Numbered from the whole stretch's first letter, positions 23,758 through 37,500 are shown. The stretch is 62,979 bases of DNA, filler included, from Lenisia limosa (GCA_001655205.1; 8 parts of 8 records of this genome joined end to end with filler, not necessarily neighbours in it); one strand, 5' to 3'. Numbers and translations are program-made. The notes: generated by a model not told the origin, from the letters alone.

Positions 23758-25494
23758 GGTGTCAGAAGGAGTGTCTCCTTGGAATGTGGGTGGTTTTATT
23801 CCCTTTTATGAAGGTGTCTATTGTTAATTGGAAAATTAATCCCAGAAATGAAAGAGGGGAGATAGATAGGAATTAATTTGCCCAAAAATTTTATTGTACA
23901 GAGCCCCAATAATTACAAGGAACCCCAGAGCATCATATCCACCAACTGACCCCTTAGTACATGGGCGGTCCAGAGCATCATTCACGGCCTTCCTCTTGAA
24001 ACACAACAGGTCGGGGGCTATGGTGTCCCCAACCGCCACTATTACTTACCCCCTTTAATTATGCCCCATTATTGTATGCACGCATCCCATCGGATGGGAT
24101 GCGGNNNNNNNNNNNNNNNNNNNNNNNNNNNNNNNNNNNNNNNNNNNNNNNNNNNNNNNNNNNNNNNNNNNNNNNNNNNNNNNNNNNNNNNNNNNNNNNN
24201 NNNNNNNNNNNNNNNNNNNNNNNNNNNNNNNNNNNNNNNNNNNNNNNNNNNNNNNNTTCATGAATTATCCAATTTTCCTCCCCCAGTAATACCCCTTACC
24301 CCCCAAAGGAATGGGACGTTAAGACCTCGCCGGAATGGTACATTGGAACTCGGGCCGTGCAGGTAGCATGATTTTGACACCTTTCTTTGTCTTTCTTTCC
24401 CTTTGTTTTTGTCTTATTTTCTACTTCTTTCTTTCTTTCTTTGTGTCAATCCCTTTCTTCGCTGTGGCCTGAGCACTTGTTTTTTCTCTTTTTCTTTGTT
24501 TTCTCTTCTTTCTTTCTTTGGCTATCTTCACCTTCCCCCCCCCCCTTTNNNNNNNNNNNNNNNNNNNNNNNNNNNNNNNNNNNNNNNNNNNNNNNNNNNN
24601 NNNNNNNNNNNNNNNNNNNNNNNNNNNNNNNNNNNNNNNNNNNNNNNNNNNNNCGGGTGTGCACTAGTGGTATGTATTTTTAATGTTGTCGTAGGTAAGG
24701 TCTTAATGTATTTTTAATACTGTTTTGTTCGAGCAGGAAATCGCTTTAAGTTGGAGATAAAGTTGAATGAACCGCAATATTTGAATAACTCTGGCCGTCT
24801 TGTTTACAAATGGGAGTGTTATAGGGGGCAAGATTTTTGATGGGAGGGGGGGAGGTGTTGATAGGTTCATAACTATATTGCAGCACATCACTTCCCCAAT
24901 TGTATGGTGGCCTGCATGTCAGAGTATGTAGGATGGTGAGAATAAGGGATGGCGGTTACTCTGTAGTATGTCATAGATATTCTGTTTTTTGGCTTGGCTA
25001 TAAATCAAGGCTCTATTCGATATTATATAACACGAATCAACCAACATCGCTTCCAAAAAAGACCGATGGACTGTATTGTATGCATGGGGGAGGATATGTA
25101 CAAAAACAGCATAGTTATATGATCATAAATATTAATATTTTTTTTAATATAAATATAAAAACATGGATGCAAATAGTATATGATATTCAATGATTGTTGT
25201 CATCTCAATATATATTTGGCTTGGTTCTATACATAAACACAAATTATTAACACGAAACTACTAAGCAACATCACGGCTCCACTACAAAGTCGGGCGTGGT
25301 GGTATATGTCAGGCCATCACTGCCATCGGATGAAGGGTTCTGCAGGCGTTATAGCGGAATAAGTTGTAATCCTTGTTAGACAGCCCCATTCCATCACACT
25401 ATGTCCCCCTCTTCTGGGCTTTATTTACCCTCATGTTGTCAGCCATTTGGACTTGTTTTATTTCATACAATATCCAATTTCACCCCCCCCCCCA

Positions 25495-25594
25495 NNNNNN
25501 NNNNNNNNNNNNNNNNNNNNNNNNNNNNNNNNNNNNNNTTAATTAATTAANNNNNNNNNNNNNNNNNNNNNNNNNNNNNNNNNNNNNNNNNNNN
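25495..25594. other. Artificial scaffold spacer 3
   Basis: N44-TTAATTAATTAA(25539-25550)-N44. Confidence 0.97.
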
Positions 25595-28065
25595 GCCCTC
25601 TGGTACTGGAGAATGCACGTGCTTCCCTTCGTACTTCGGAAAAGACTGCAGCGGCACTTGTCCGAGTTGTTCCTTGACAACATCTGATGGCTGCGATGAC
25701 GGCGTTGACGGCTCCGGTGTGTGTTTGTGCAAACACAACAAATGGGGCCATGGATGCGGCAAGAGCTGCTCATGGTTGGCTGGGGTTGGCTGGGTACATT
25801 TTTGCTTTGTATATCACAATAATCTGAGTTAATATTATACTATAATCCAATATCTCTTTTACACGTGGTGGTGTAGACGGCTTCGGCCAGATACTACCCT
25901 TGTATTTCTCATCTAGTATTATATATGTTTGGCGCTTATTGAGTGAGGCAGTATTATGTTGCCAACCTTGTGACATGAGTAAAACTCATATGGAAGTCTT
26001 TGTGTTTTCTCTATCATTCGACTTACCGATGTAGCTCGGGTAGCGCGTGTAATATCATTGACGGAAGCTGCGAATGCCCAAAAAATAGTAGGTCAATAAC
26101 AGTCTTCATTTCTCCGTGTATTCGTAAACAAGTGTCACCATTTAGCCTATGGCTTGACTTGTTCGAAACACTGCGAATGCAACGGTCATGATTGCGACAA
26201 CTTGGTATGGCTAGGATAGTGCTATATGGGCATGACTAGAAGTTCACTAAGCACTTTCTGAAATCTTGGAAATTTAATCCTCATGGGGTATCTGACAATT
26301 TAGCCGGGTGGGTTCGGCACATGCAGCTGCAGCAACTTAAACTGGGGTACTGCTTGTGAACATGTTTGAGGGGGGTCTTGTTGAACGGGGTGTTCGGGTT
26401 CGCCCTTGGCGCTTTTTCTTTCCTATTCACTCCCTCCAACTCTCCAGGAAACGCAATATCTCAACTTGTCAACAACTCTTTCTGGCGTGTTGGAGTTTGG
26501 CGAAAAGCACCACTTCAAGGCGAGCGGGCTTGGGGAATCCGTGTTAGCATTCTAGACATCATTGTTATTGGATTAAAGGAATAATTAGCGTAAGTGTGGT
26601 GGACTCATACATACATGGGTTCAAATGTGATGTTTGGAATTTGTTACATGTATCGTCACTTTCTGGGATACCCGGGTATCCTTCAAGGTTCTCAATAGCT
26701 TAATGCAAGTACCAGGTTTCTCATGCTTCAGACAGCTTCGTTTGACGACTCCAAAGAAATTTGGCTCAGACTTTCCTACAGTATAGGGGTACTATCAGTA
26801 TTTATAATCTCTTATAAGCGTGATGCAACCTTGTTTTTTACTTCCCATTGGTACATATAAACGGTATAGACGGCTTCGGCCTGCGCTCCCTTGTTTTTCA
26901 TTTCTACTTACGTATTGTTAATCTAGTATGACATCTGTGAAAAGGCAAGCAAAAACACCCCTCCTGGATGATTTTGCCTCACCCCCCCCCTCAGACTCAG
27001 GCCAAGCGGTGTTCTACATCTCGGATATGCCATTTCCTGACGCCCTTACCTCCCTGGTCATTTCCCAGTCCAGCTCTGCCGCATACTACCTCAAGCAAAG
27101 CGGTGGAAACACGGTTGGTTACTCAGGGCTTTGCTATGCTAGGGGTTCACTTCGGTTCGGAAAATATTGAGTTTTCGAGGATTTATCGAGAAGTTCAGCC
27201 TTTTTTCGAACCGAAGTGAAGCCCTAACTATGCTCGTAAGTGTTGGCAAAAGGACAGAAGTTCACTGCATTAATTGACTGTGGTGTAGTTCTCATCGTCG
27301 TACGTCTACATTATGGTGGAAGGAGTGTCATTCACAGCAACGCTTTATAACATCGAACTCGGTAGTATCAGCTGTGAGGAGAACTATTATTAAAAGTGAC
27401 ACCTTCTCCCACCATTGATATTTCTTCGTTCACCCCAGCAAACAGAGTTGATTTTGGTCTTTTTTTGTTATTCCTAAATTTTCCAATTTTACTCCCCTTC
27501 AGACAGCATCAACGGACTTTCGGCAGCGGCGTTCTTCTATTTCGTCTTCGCGCTGGGTGGCTTTATCCTGGCCATGGGGTACTGGATGACGTAAGCAATA
27601 CAGGGGGTTTTGGTGTAAAAGTAATGGTAACAGAGCCTGGCATCACATTGCTTGTTTTTTTTGTTTGGAGTTTCAGACGATATTACGCCAAGAAATTTCC
27701 TTCGTTTTACTCCCCCCCACAGGAGACGGAATGCAGTGATCACCGAAGCCGAACAGATGGAAACGATTGCACCGCCTCCATCATCCTACATCCCTCTGTT
27801 CAAGATTGTGCTCAAGGACAATGAAGATGATGTGGTATGTTGGGGGCAAAAAGCATCATTTTCGCTTCCTTTTTTGGGTCAGCATATTAAATTCGAATAG
27901 TAACATAGTCATTCCAATCCTTTGATCTGTGATCAGTTTTCTCATGTTTACTCACGCATGCAGGAGCCGGGACCGCTGGTGTACACCGGACCGGTTCCAT
28001 TCCCAAGTGTGCCAATTCCGATTCGGATGGTCTTCGTCATGCCCCACCAAGCCAACCAAGTGCTT
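25595..28065 (+). CDS. EGF-like repeat single-pass membrane protein, partial
   Basis: Exons encode SGTGECTCFPSYFGKDCSGTCPSC...GSGVCLCKHNKWGHGC, CNIIDGSCEC and GTCSCSNLNWGTAC. A hydrophobic segment AAAFFYFVFALGGFILAMGYW (about 27510-27585) is followed by a Pro-rich tail. Confidence 0.75.
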
Positions 28066-28614
28066 CGTACGCGGATATTGAGGAATATTGCAATTTTATT
28101 GTATTTAATCTTAATTGAAAATTGGCATTCATACCAGTGATGAGCGATGGAGTCATTCTGTTCATGACATAAGAAATGAAAAACTATGGCCTAGGATAGG
28201 CCTTGTTTTTGTTTTCAGCCCAGGTTATATCGCAATCAAAAGTCACCCCCCCCCCNNNNNNNNNNNNNNNNNNNNNNNNNNNNNNNNNNNNNNNNNNNNN
28301 NNNNNNNNNNNNNNNNNNNNNGTCCAACAATGGGAGGTGAGGAGAGGACTGAATATTTTTTGCTCCCTGTTGTGTTTTTGGAATATGAAACCTGGCTCTC
28401 TTGTATAATGTATGTATGTCGGGGGAAAAAAAGCTACCAATAACGCTGAGACATTCCAGTTATCAAGGGGATTCTGCCAAATAACGTTTCATTGTAGTAT
28501 GTGCTTTGTTGTTTTATTGTTTTAAGCCCTTGTGTGCTGCTAACCAACATAGTTCATTTGGGCTTTTTTTTTTAGTTTCATAAATTTTCCAGTTTTACTT
28601 CCCCTCCCCCCCAG

Positions 28615-31486
28615 GTATGCCTCATCTCAGTCCCCTTCCGCCAATCAAATCGCTCTCCCCCATTATACAATCTGGGTTGGAGGGGGGGGGGGGAGNNNNN
28701 NNNNNNNNNNNNNNNNNNNNNNNNNNNNNNNNNNNNNNNNNNNNNNNNNNNNNNNNNNNNNNNNNNNNNNNNNNNNNNNNNNNNNNNNNNNNNNNNNNNN
28801 NNNNNNNNNNNNNNNNNNNNTTCACACGTATTGATTATCATTTTCCTCGCGACAATTGACTATAAGTCTCATTGATACTCTGATACACTCAAAATACACC
28901 CTCATACATTTGTATATCTTTGTTAATCATTTTTTCTTGATATAAGCATATTACAAGTGGACATGGGACATAGTCCAAAGCCGCCAAGTCCCTTCTGACC
29001 CTTAGATCCCCCCGCAACCTTCCAGCGTTATCCCACCTCGAATCAGACAGCAGCAGAGACATGGACATTGACCATGTGTCACTGTATGCGAGATGTATTT
29101 AACAAATAGCTCTGGATTCGCTTTGGTTTTAAAAAGACCAAGTTCTCGATAAAACCTCGATAAGTGTCGATATTTTCCCGGTCTTTTTCAGACTGGGGTG
29201 AAAACCTGCAAAAAGCAGATCAACTGAATGTGTTATCGAGTGTGTTTAAAAGACGTAGATGATATGATGTTGCAGTATGAAATAACGGTAATAACGGTTT
29301 ACCCCAGTGACCCCCCCCCCCAGGCCAACCAGCTCGAGAGAAACATCTCCTCTTAGATCCCAGCGATTGGCGTCGAATGAGCACACAACCCCCCGACACG
29401 ATGCCGATAATGGGCCATACACACCTCAGATCTCACCAGCGTCTTTCTGCCCTATTCAAGAAAGCCCTCCCCAGCAGCGGAGTAATTCTCTGACTGCCAG
29501 TCTCGGGCTAAGACTGGAAGCCGAAGTGGATGATGAGGGTAGGCGGCAAACCATCTCTCCCGAATGTTACTGCCTGGTTTGTTTGTTTGTTGATTTGTTG
29601 GTTTGTTTGTTTGTTTGTTTGCCCTTACCTCTTCAAATCCTACCCCAGAACTGCCACCTCTAATGCTGGGTACTTCGTGGCAGTTTCCCAACAACGTTGC
29701 TGCTGGGAGTCTCAACGGCTCAAATTGTGAGTCTTATTGTGTACTGAGGAGAGGTGATATGCTATATAAGCTTATTATATGCTGACAAATGTTTGTATAG
29801 ACCCTTTGCATTTTTTTCAAAAGGAATTAGACAATTGTGAAAACCCTTGGAATAACTCACACTCCCTAGCCGCGTATCCCCGCAGTGAAGTGTCCGACCC
29901 CGGTATTGAAAGCACCATTACGCAGTCGTCCGTTTATAGAGGTCGGCAGTTCATCTCTTTCAAAGGGGTCTTTAGGGCTTCACTTCTGTTCGCAAAAAAC
30001 CGGTAATTATCGATAGTTTTTGAGGAATTCCGAACCGAAGCCCTTGGGGTCTTGTTTGAAGTATTGTGTAATTTATTCCTCTTAGGTATACCCTCTAGCT
30101 CAATGTAACGGTTTGCTAAAATCCCTGCAGGACACCCCCGAGAAACAGGCGACACAACGCGACGAATGATTGAGGGTGATTCTGAAGGCCCTATACTGGT
30201 TGATAGCACGCCACCATTATCTCCTGTCGCCCCTTCAAACGCCACAGCAGGTGAGATAGCATCTTGGCTTTACTCCATTCTCAAAAATGACTGCAATAAT
30301 ATGGATATTTTTAAATTTTGGTCATACGGATGGAAGTAACACGCTGTTTTCCGACTGTCGTTTCACTCATGAACCGAGTAGCGCAGTTTTCATCTCCCTG
30401 ATGGGATGCGGTGCTGCAGAAGCGACTGACCTGGGCTTTGTTTGTTTTNNNNNNNNNNNNNNNNNNNNNNNNNNNNNNNNNNNNNNNNNNNNNNNNNNNN
30501 NNNNNNNNNNNNNNNNNNNNNNNNNNNNNNNNNNNNNNNNNNNNNATGGTGTCCTCGGTGTCGATGCAGGTTCCGGCGGAAACGGACATCACTGTTCCGT
30601 CAATCATGGGCGACCGGTGGGGGAGGTTGCTCAATTCACGGGTAAAATCCTTTTCACCTGCGAATAAAAAGGTCTTCAAATTGCGATATTTCCAATATCA
30701 TCTGTTTTCCAAGGATTGCATCTAATCTGTTCTGTTTCTGGAAGCCGAAGTGAAGACAGTACTAACAATCAGGATGGAAGTGACTGAGGAGCCGATTCTA
30801 GCGTACATCGAGAACGCCATTGGTGATGTGCCTCCGAGGTATTGATGATGAATATCAATAAAACAACTTCCTGTTTCCTGAGTACAACACACCGTTCATA
30901 AATATGTGTTTTTTTTTTAACTAAATGTGTTTTCTTTCGAGAGTCATAAAAACAGTGTTTGGAGTCCCAAAATGATAACAAAATACACAAGTTGCAAGAA
31001 TGTACATGTTTAAACCAACTTGGTGATTGCTTAGGGAGAAATTATATAATACAAGAAAGACTACACACAAGAGTTGTATCCTGAAACGGACTATTTAGAT
31101 TGCTCCTCTGCGTCCTCTTCCACGGCCACGAAGTTGTTTTTCTAGGGATGAGCACAAATATAAAGTCGCTGACTAGCTCAAAAATGACTTTAATCTGGTT
31201 TTTGAGCACTTTTTTTTGAAAGAAAAAAAAAAACACATTTATGAACGGTGGGTATGTACATGTAGTAAATGTATGTATGTATGAGGAATGACTGTTCTTA
31301 TCAAAGAAAATAGCTGAATTTCTCGAGAAATCTTCGATAAATATCGATATTTTACCAGTCTTTTCGGACCTTAGGGAAGGCCAACTTATAATTGATGCAG
31401 TTTGGACCTTTTGACGTTGTAGGTTTGATGACAGCGATGGTGAGCCCGCTGCTGACTTCCCGGTATGACGGCAGAAGAAATATCGA
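28615..31486 (+). CDS. Hypothetical multi-exon gene fragments
   Basis: GT-AG-bounded open segments after polyC acceptors (28615, 29322, about 30170, about 30546, about 30772, about 31422). Ser/Pro-rich, no domain recognised, frames uncertain. Confidence 0.3.
30885..31256. mobile_element. 372-bp TA-flanked non-autonomous element (Tc1/mariner-like)
   Basis: TIR CA(T)AC(A/C)CACCGTTCATAAAT..GTGTTTT with TA on both sides. About 290 bp is homologous, inverted, to 44124-44418 on another scaffold. Confidence 0.78.
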
Positions 31487-31526
31487 AACTGCGCTTGTAT
31501 ATCCCTCCCCCCCTATTGGAGCCCTG

Positions 31527-31626
31527 NNNNNNNNNNNNNNNNNNNNNNNNNNNNNNNNNNNNNNNNNNNNTTAATTAATTAANNNNNNNNNNNNNNNNNN
31601 NNNNNNNNNNNNNNNNNNNNNNNNNN
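31527..31626. other. Artificial scaffold spacer 4
   Basis: N44-TTAATTAATTAA(31571-31582)-N44. Confidence 0.97.
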
Positions 31627-31791
31627 CTACGATATACTTTTTTATATAGTTATACTATGATAGTCATTATCGTCACGAATAGCTTGATGAAAAGTTTCAT
31701 GTATACTATGTATCATAATATGATATATCATATTATAAATATATACTACATGTATACATCTATCAATATGTTATTTGGGTCAGTTTCTGAC

Positions 31792-32885
31792 CTCGTTAAG
31801 ACTGGTAGTGGTGGGACATTGTCATCCATTGGAAGCAGAAGGTGGGTGTGGAGGTACGAAGATACTTCAGAGAGATCAAAGAGATCAGTGAGGTCGGCGG
31901 CGAATGGAACTCGGAGGTTGACGGAGTGGTCGTCTCGATGCATGAGTCCGACGATTTCATCCTTCTCAAGACCAGGTTCTTGCTTTAAATATGAAAAGGA
32001 AAACATCAGAAAATCCAAACCGTGGTCTTGGTGGCGTCAACTGCCTGCATCAATGGTCCATGGTAACCAATACTAATAAAAATGAAAACCTAAATAAAAA
32101 AACCCACTTCTCCAAGAACAAGGCGTATTTTCTGAAACGGCGTTCAATCAGGTCACTGTCAAGAGAAGATCCTGGTTCCCAATAGTCACCATAGTGATCC
32201 CTCAATGTAGATTCTAATGGGAATTAACAAGTTAATTCTCTACTCACCAGAAGGGAGGATCCATGGAAGAGCATGGCGTACTCGGGCATAAAGACTGGCG
32301 CCGCATCGGTACCGAATGAGCACTCCCAAATCATAGTTAATCTAAAGGTTGATGAAAAGCAAGATTACAAACCTGCGAAAAAACATTCTTCTTGCGTGGG
32401 AGATTTTCTACTAGGCTGGTGAGAATTGCCTTTTGGCTCTGGGAGAGTGCCAGGGCAGACTCGTCAAGCAATCGATTGACACAGAATCGATGCTTTTGAG
32501 CCTGTGATAGCTGCCGCCTCAAGCTACTAATTTCCTTTGACAGCGCCGATACTGTCTTCTTGAGTTCTTCTAAACACTATCAAATACGAATATCACAGTA
32601 CCTTCTTTTGATGAACCCAGTGTTCCTTGCCCTGGTGTGTAAGGGAAGCAAGTGCAATGATTATCAAACAACTGCTCTCTGACTCACAATTCTCAAAAGC
32701 ATCGTCAGTATTAGGGGAGGGAGAGGGGGAAGGGGAGGGAAGGGGGGGAGGGATACCATGACCGTTACCATTATCGTTTTCATTTTCTAGTTTCCTAGAA
32801 CAATAAGCCAAAGAAAAGATGTACAAACCCTGAACAGGGCGCTTCTTTGGGCTGAAGACATAAGCCTCATGACGTGTTTCTTCTA
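31792..32885 (-). CDS. P-element/THAP9-like transposase, N-terminal half, multi-exon and open
   Basis: Exons 32576-32373, 32341-32248, 32213-32108, 32072-32021 and 31982-31792 splice without stops. They give a coiled coil, then LGVLIRYRCGASLYARVRHALPWILPSESTLRDHYGDYWEPG...LMQAVDATKTTQEPGLEKDEIVGLM, resembling P-transposase Y..LR...LPS..TL..W...PG and LxxDEM..D.I.G (first catalytic Asp). The scaffold ends before the rest. Confidence 0.68.
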
Positions 32886-33163
32886 AATACATCACAGCGA
32901 CCCTCAATGATATAAAATAGTGTACATATCAAAATAACAGAAGAAGAAAACCACAAACTGAATTTTTCAAAAAGAGGAAGAAGATGTTTGAACAGATTTC
33001 CTCCAAGAGACTTGGTTAATTTGTGAGAAGTCTTCCTCACGGGAACTCTGTTTTTGGTCTTTTCCTAAAAATAAATACCTTCTCAAAAACCTTACTGTTC
33101 CAGGAAGGAAGGTCCCATCAGCTGATAAAGTTGGTGGAACACAAACATCCACTGTACCAGAAA

Positions 33164-33263
33164 NNNNNNNNNNNNNNNNNNNNNNNNNNNNNNNNNNNNN
33201 NNNNNNNTTAATTAATTAANNNNNNNNNNNNNNNNNNNNNNNNNNNNNNNNNNNNNNNNNNNN
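33164..33263. other. Artificial scaffold spacer 5
   Basis: N44-TTAATTAATTAA(33208-33219)-N44. Confidence 0.97.
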
Positions 33264-33300
33264 TACCCCCCCCCCTCAATATTTGTCACCCACCTTTTAG

Positions 33301-33762
33301 ACCCAACTCTGTCGACTCCGGTCGTTTCGATGCCTCTTCTGAGGAGAAGCTCATGCAGCACTTCGATAACTGCTCTGCTATCTTCGAAGAGCATGAGTTT
33401 GACCCCAACCTCGTGTACAACATGGAGACTATGGTTCTGGCAAGAAGGCCAAGGTTCTGGCACCTGCTAAGGCCAGAATGGTCAACACTAAGGAGGACCC
33501 CAAGGTTGCATACATGACCCTTGTTGGGACTATCGGGTATGAGTGGGAAGGGGGTGTTTTTTTTTTGAATATTTGAAATTATTTTATTTTGTTGTGATTC
33601 TATTTTCATATATCTAGCTCCAGTGGTAAGAAGGTTCCCTCTCTTGTGCTGCTTGCGAACAAGACCGCCTCCTTTGAGCTCAAGATCGCTGAGTGGTACG
33701 ATGAGGTCATAAACGTCAAAGCCTCGAACAAGAACAGCGTATTGGACACCAGATGGTGGAAG
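33301..33762 (+). pseudogene. pogo/Fot1-like (Tc1/mariner, DDE_1) transposase relic
   Basis: RFDASSEEKLMQHFDNCSAIFEEHEFDPNLVYNM-ET, then a frameshift, then YMTLVGTI|GSSGKKVPSLVLL. This matches pogo IYNxDET and T.v..i.a.G...Pp.vi; the catalytic Asp codon is deleted. Confidence 0.72.
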
Positions 33763-34535
33763 GTTTGAAGGGCATTGGTTTTGACATGTTTTTTTTTAAA
33801 ATGTCAAACAAAAAACAAATACAATCAAATACTTTTTGAAATTAGAGCAAACCTCGGAGAGTGGGGAAGAATATAACTGAATCTAGAAAGTCAACAAAAC
33901 ACCAATACTTCAAACACAAACCTTGTTGTACAAGCTTAGGTGGTATCACGATATTTGTGGGAGTAGTTGACTGACAACTCACAATTAAATTCTTCTCCTA
34001 AAATCTACAGATGAGCCAATTAAAGGGTTTAAAATGCATGTATCAAGTGCATCAATATCAAGGATCGCCAAAAACATATGACAGGGTGGGTGATCACGAA
34101 CAAGAGCTAACACTTGTCAGGAAAGACACTAGAGTACTAATCTATACCAGAAGAGAGGCGAAGAGGGGAAAAGAGACACGAGTTACTCCATGGAAAAGGA
34201 CAACGAAAACACTAATCACTTCTTAAATATAATTCAATTAACAAATCATCATGCAAAACTTGACAAATAGGCCACATGCCGAAATAAACCACCTTCTGAG
34301 GTGATTTTCCGCGCAGTGGCTTCAATTACTTACATTAATATATCAATTTTTTTCTNNNNNNNNNNNNNNNNNNNNNNNNNNNNNNNNNNNNNNNNNNNNN
34401 NNNNNNNNNNNNNNNNNNNNNNNNNNNNNNNNNNNNNNNNNNNNNNNNNNNNNNNNNNNNNNNNNNNNNNNNNNNNNNNNNNNNNNNNNNNNNNNNNNNN
34501 NNNNNNNNNNNNNNNNNNNNNNNNNNNNNNNNNAC

Positions 34536-37500
34536 TAGAGCTCCGGGCAATTAATATTTATATTAATATTTATTAATATTTATTAATTTATTCATCGAAA
34601 ATATTAATATATAATACATATCATATTAATATTTTAATAATATAATCTTTTTTTTTTGTTATTCTTCTCTTTATTCAAAATAATAATATTTTATGTCTTA
34701 CAAGAAGAAAAAGTTTTTTTTTGTTTGCCNNNNNNNNNNNNNNNNNNNNNNNNNNNNNNNNNNNNNNNNNNNNNNNATTTATTACCAAGAGTTTAGCATC
34801 AATGGAGAGACATGTACATGTATATATATTTGCAAAATTATATAGTGATTGCATAATTGAAGATCAAAGACAAAAAGAGACAGTGGAATTAGAGCAGGAA
34901 CTCAGTTGGGGAATGTAAAAGAGCAGGGTAGATGACAGAGCGGTTCTCTCTCCTTAGCGGTGACCTCAGGAGACATTCCTCTTTTCAGTGTAACTCTTCC
35001 TGACGAGAAGAGTCTTTCGACAGAAATTGAAGATGCCTGAGATGTGAAGATTCAGAATTCAAGTAGCTTTAGTAGTTGGTCGCAACCACAAACCGGAATG
35101 CAAAGAATATGTCGAATGGTTTGCGCGATCAGCGGTGTGTTGACAAATATAGCATGAATCAACCTCAGANNNNNNNNNNNNNNNNNNNNNNNNNNNNNNN
35201 NNNNNNNNNNNNNNNNNNNNNNNNNNNNNNNNNNNNNNNNNNNNNNNNNNNNNNNNNNNNNNNNNNNNNNNNNNNNNNNNNNNNNNNNNNNNNNNNNNNN
35301 NNNNNNNNNNNNNNNNNNNACCTAGGATGTTATGCCAATTTTTTAGTCAATTTGCTGCGTACATCACATATATTGCAAACCTCTTCATCAACCCTCTCAG
35401 CCACTGTCTTCGGCTCTTGACGAATGTCACTGGGCTTAAGCTCAAAGTCGTGTCCATAAAGACTGCTTTGTGACTGTGTGACATCTTCTTCCTCTTGTAC
35501 GACGTCATTTGGATATTGAGTCTCCATTTCGTAGAACTCTTGACCTAATTATTATGTTATCGTCACATACATCAAGCACCACCAACCATATGTGTCTGCA
35601 TAGAACTTCAAGGTATGATCTTTCAACCCGTCCCAGACTGCATCCTGGACCTCCTTGCTTAGCTTCTGGTGGGCAAACCCGGTTGTGAAAGGGTAATTAA
35701 TGGCTGCAGTGCAGAAAATAGAACGCGGATCAAGGGGGAACCCAAAACGCAGTTCACGAGCAAGGCACTGAGCTAGACGAACGTCCGGTTCCAGCTCCAT
35801 GTCAACATCATAAAGCTCTGGCTTGGTAATACTGCGGGTATCTTCCTTGTTTGACTTTGCAATAGATACCATTCGACGATACTCTTTCATCCTCACTTTG
35901 AAGATAGCTTTCTCAGCGTTGACATCCTCCAGTTCCTTGAAACAAGGCATCTCATCTTCGATTTCGCCGATAGAAGTGAACATTGCTCGCAACCCGTAAA
36001 TCCTTGGTAGTACAATTGGCATGGTTGGTACACTTTCACCTAAATGGTCAGAATACAGTTCCAAACAGAAGTAATTATCATCAAATAGATCGATATCATT
36101 GATAGTTTTAATTGAACAATGAAAATGAGTTGAAACGCAGTGAAAAACTCCCACCATACCACATCCCCTTACTTACAAGTGCTTCCTGGGCCTCTTGAAT
36201 CGGTGTAATTACTTTCTCCAGGGATTTGAGTGTCTNNNNNNNNNNAGAGAAGACTATCTTCATCCTGCAGCACCCAGTCCAACAAAGGCAGATTGTCAAA
36301 ACACTTCTGATCATGATTCCAACTCCAGAGAACCTAATAAATCAATAAATAAGGAACAATCAATCAAATACAAACCTGGTAGCACTGTAGTTCTTGAAAG
36401 TATGGAACGTGAGATAATTATTGGCAGCAGTTTCCTTCAGGTATGTAATGATGGGGCTCGAGTGGTTCACGTGTGTGATAAATTTGATGGCCGTTTCTAT
36501 AGCTGACATGGTCTAAAAGATGAATATCTTAGTAAAATACACAACCTTTGCCTTTTCAACTGCATGCTTCAAGGCGATATTCAAATGATGCGTAACACAC
36601 CAAATTTGAATTGCGGCAAGTCCTGCATTCAAAGATTTTGCTGAATTGGCACCATCTGCAGTAGCACCAGCGATCATATTCATATCAAGGCCACTCGTTT
36701 CAATTGTTTTCTGAAATATTGGTAGCATCTCCTGACCTACCTCCACTATTGAGATCAGTTTTTCCGCCTTGTGAGAAGTGATAGGTTCCATTGCAAGAGT
36801 AGTTGTTCTGAANNNNNNNNNNGCCTAGGATGTTATACCAATTTTTTAATCATTTTGCTGCGTACATCACATATATTGCAAACCTCTTCATCAACCCTCT
36901 CAGCCACTGTCTTCGGCTCTTGACGAATGTCACCGGGCTTAAGCTCAAAGTCGTGGCCATAAAGACTGCTTTGTGACTGTGTGACATCTTCTTCCTCTTG
37001 TACGACGTCATTTGGATATTGAGTCTCCATTTCGTAGAACTCTTGACCTAATTATTATGTTATCGTCACATACATCAAGCACCACCAACCATATGTGTCT
37101 GCGTAGAACTTCAAGGTATGATCCTTCAACCCGTCCCAGGCTGCATCCTGGACCTCCTTGCTTAGCTTCTGGTGGGCAAACCCGGTTGTGAAAGGGTAAA
37201 TAGTGCAGAAAATAGAACGCGGATCAAGGGAACCAAAACGCAGTTCACGAGCAAGGCACTGAGCTAGACGAACGTCCGGTTCCAGCTCCATGNNNNNNNN
37301 NNNNNNNNNNNNNNNNNNNNNNNNNNNNNNNNNNNNNNNNNNNNNNNNNNNNNNNNNNNNNNNNNNNNNNNNNNNNNNNNNNNNNNNNNNNNNNNNNNNN
37401 NNNNNNNNNNNNNNNNNNNNNNNNNNNNNNNNNNNNNNNNNNNNNNNNNNNNNNNNNNNNNNNNNNNNNNNNNNNNNNNNNNNNNNNNNNNNNNNNNNNN

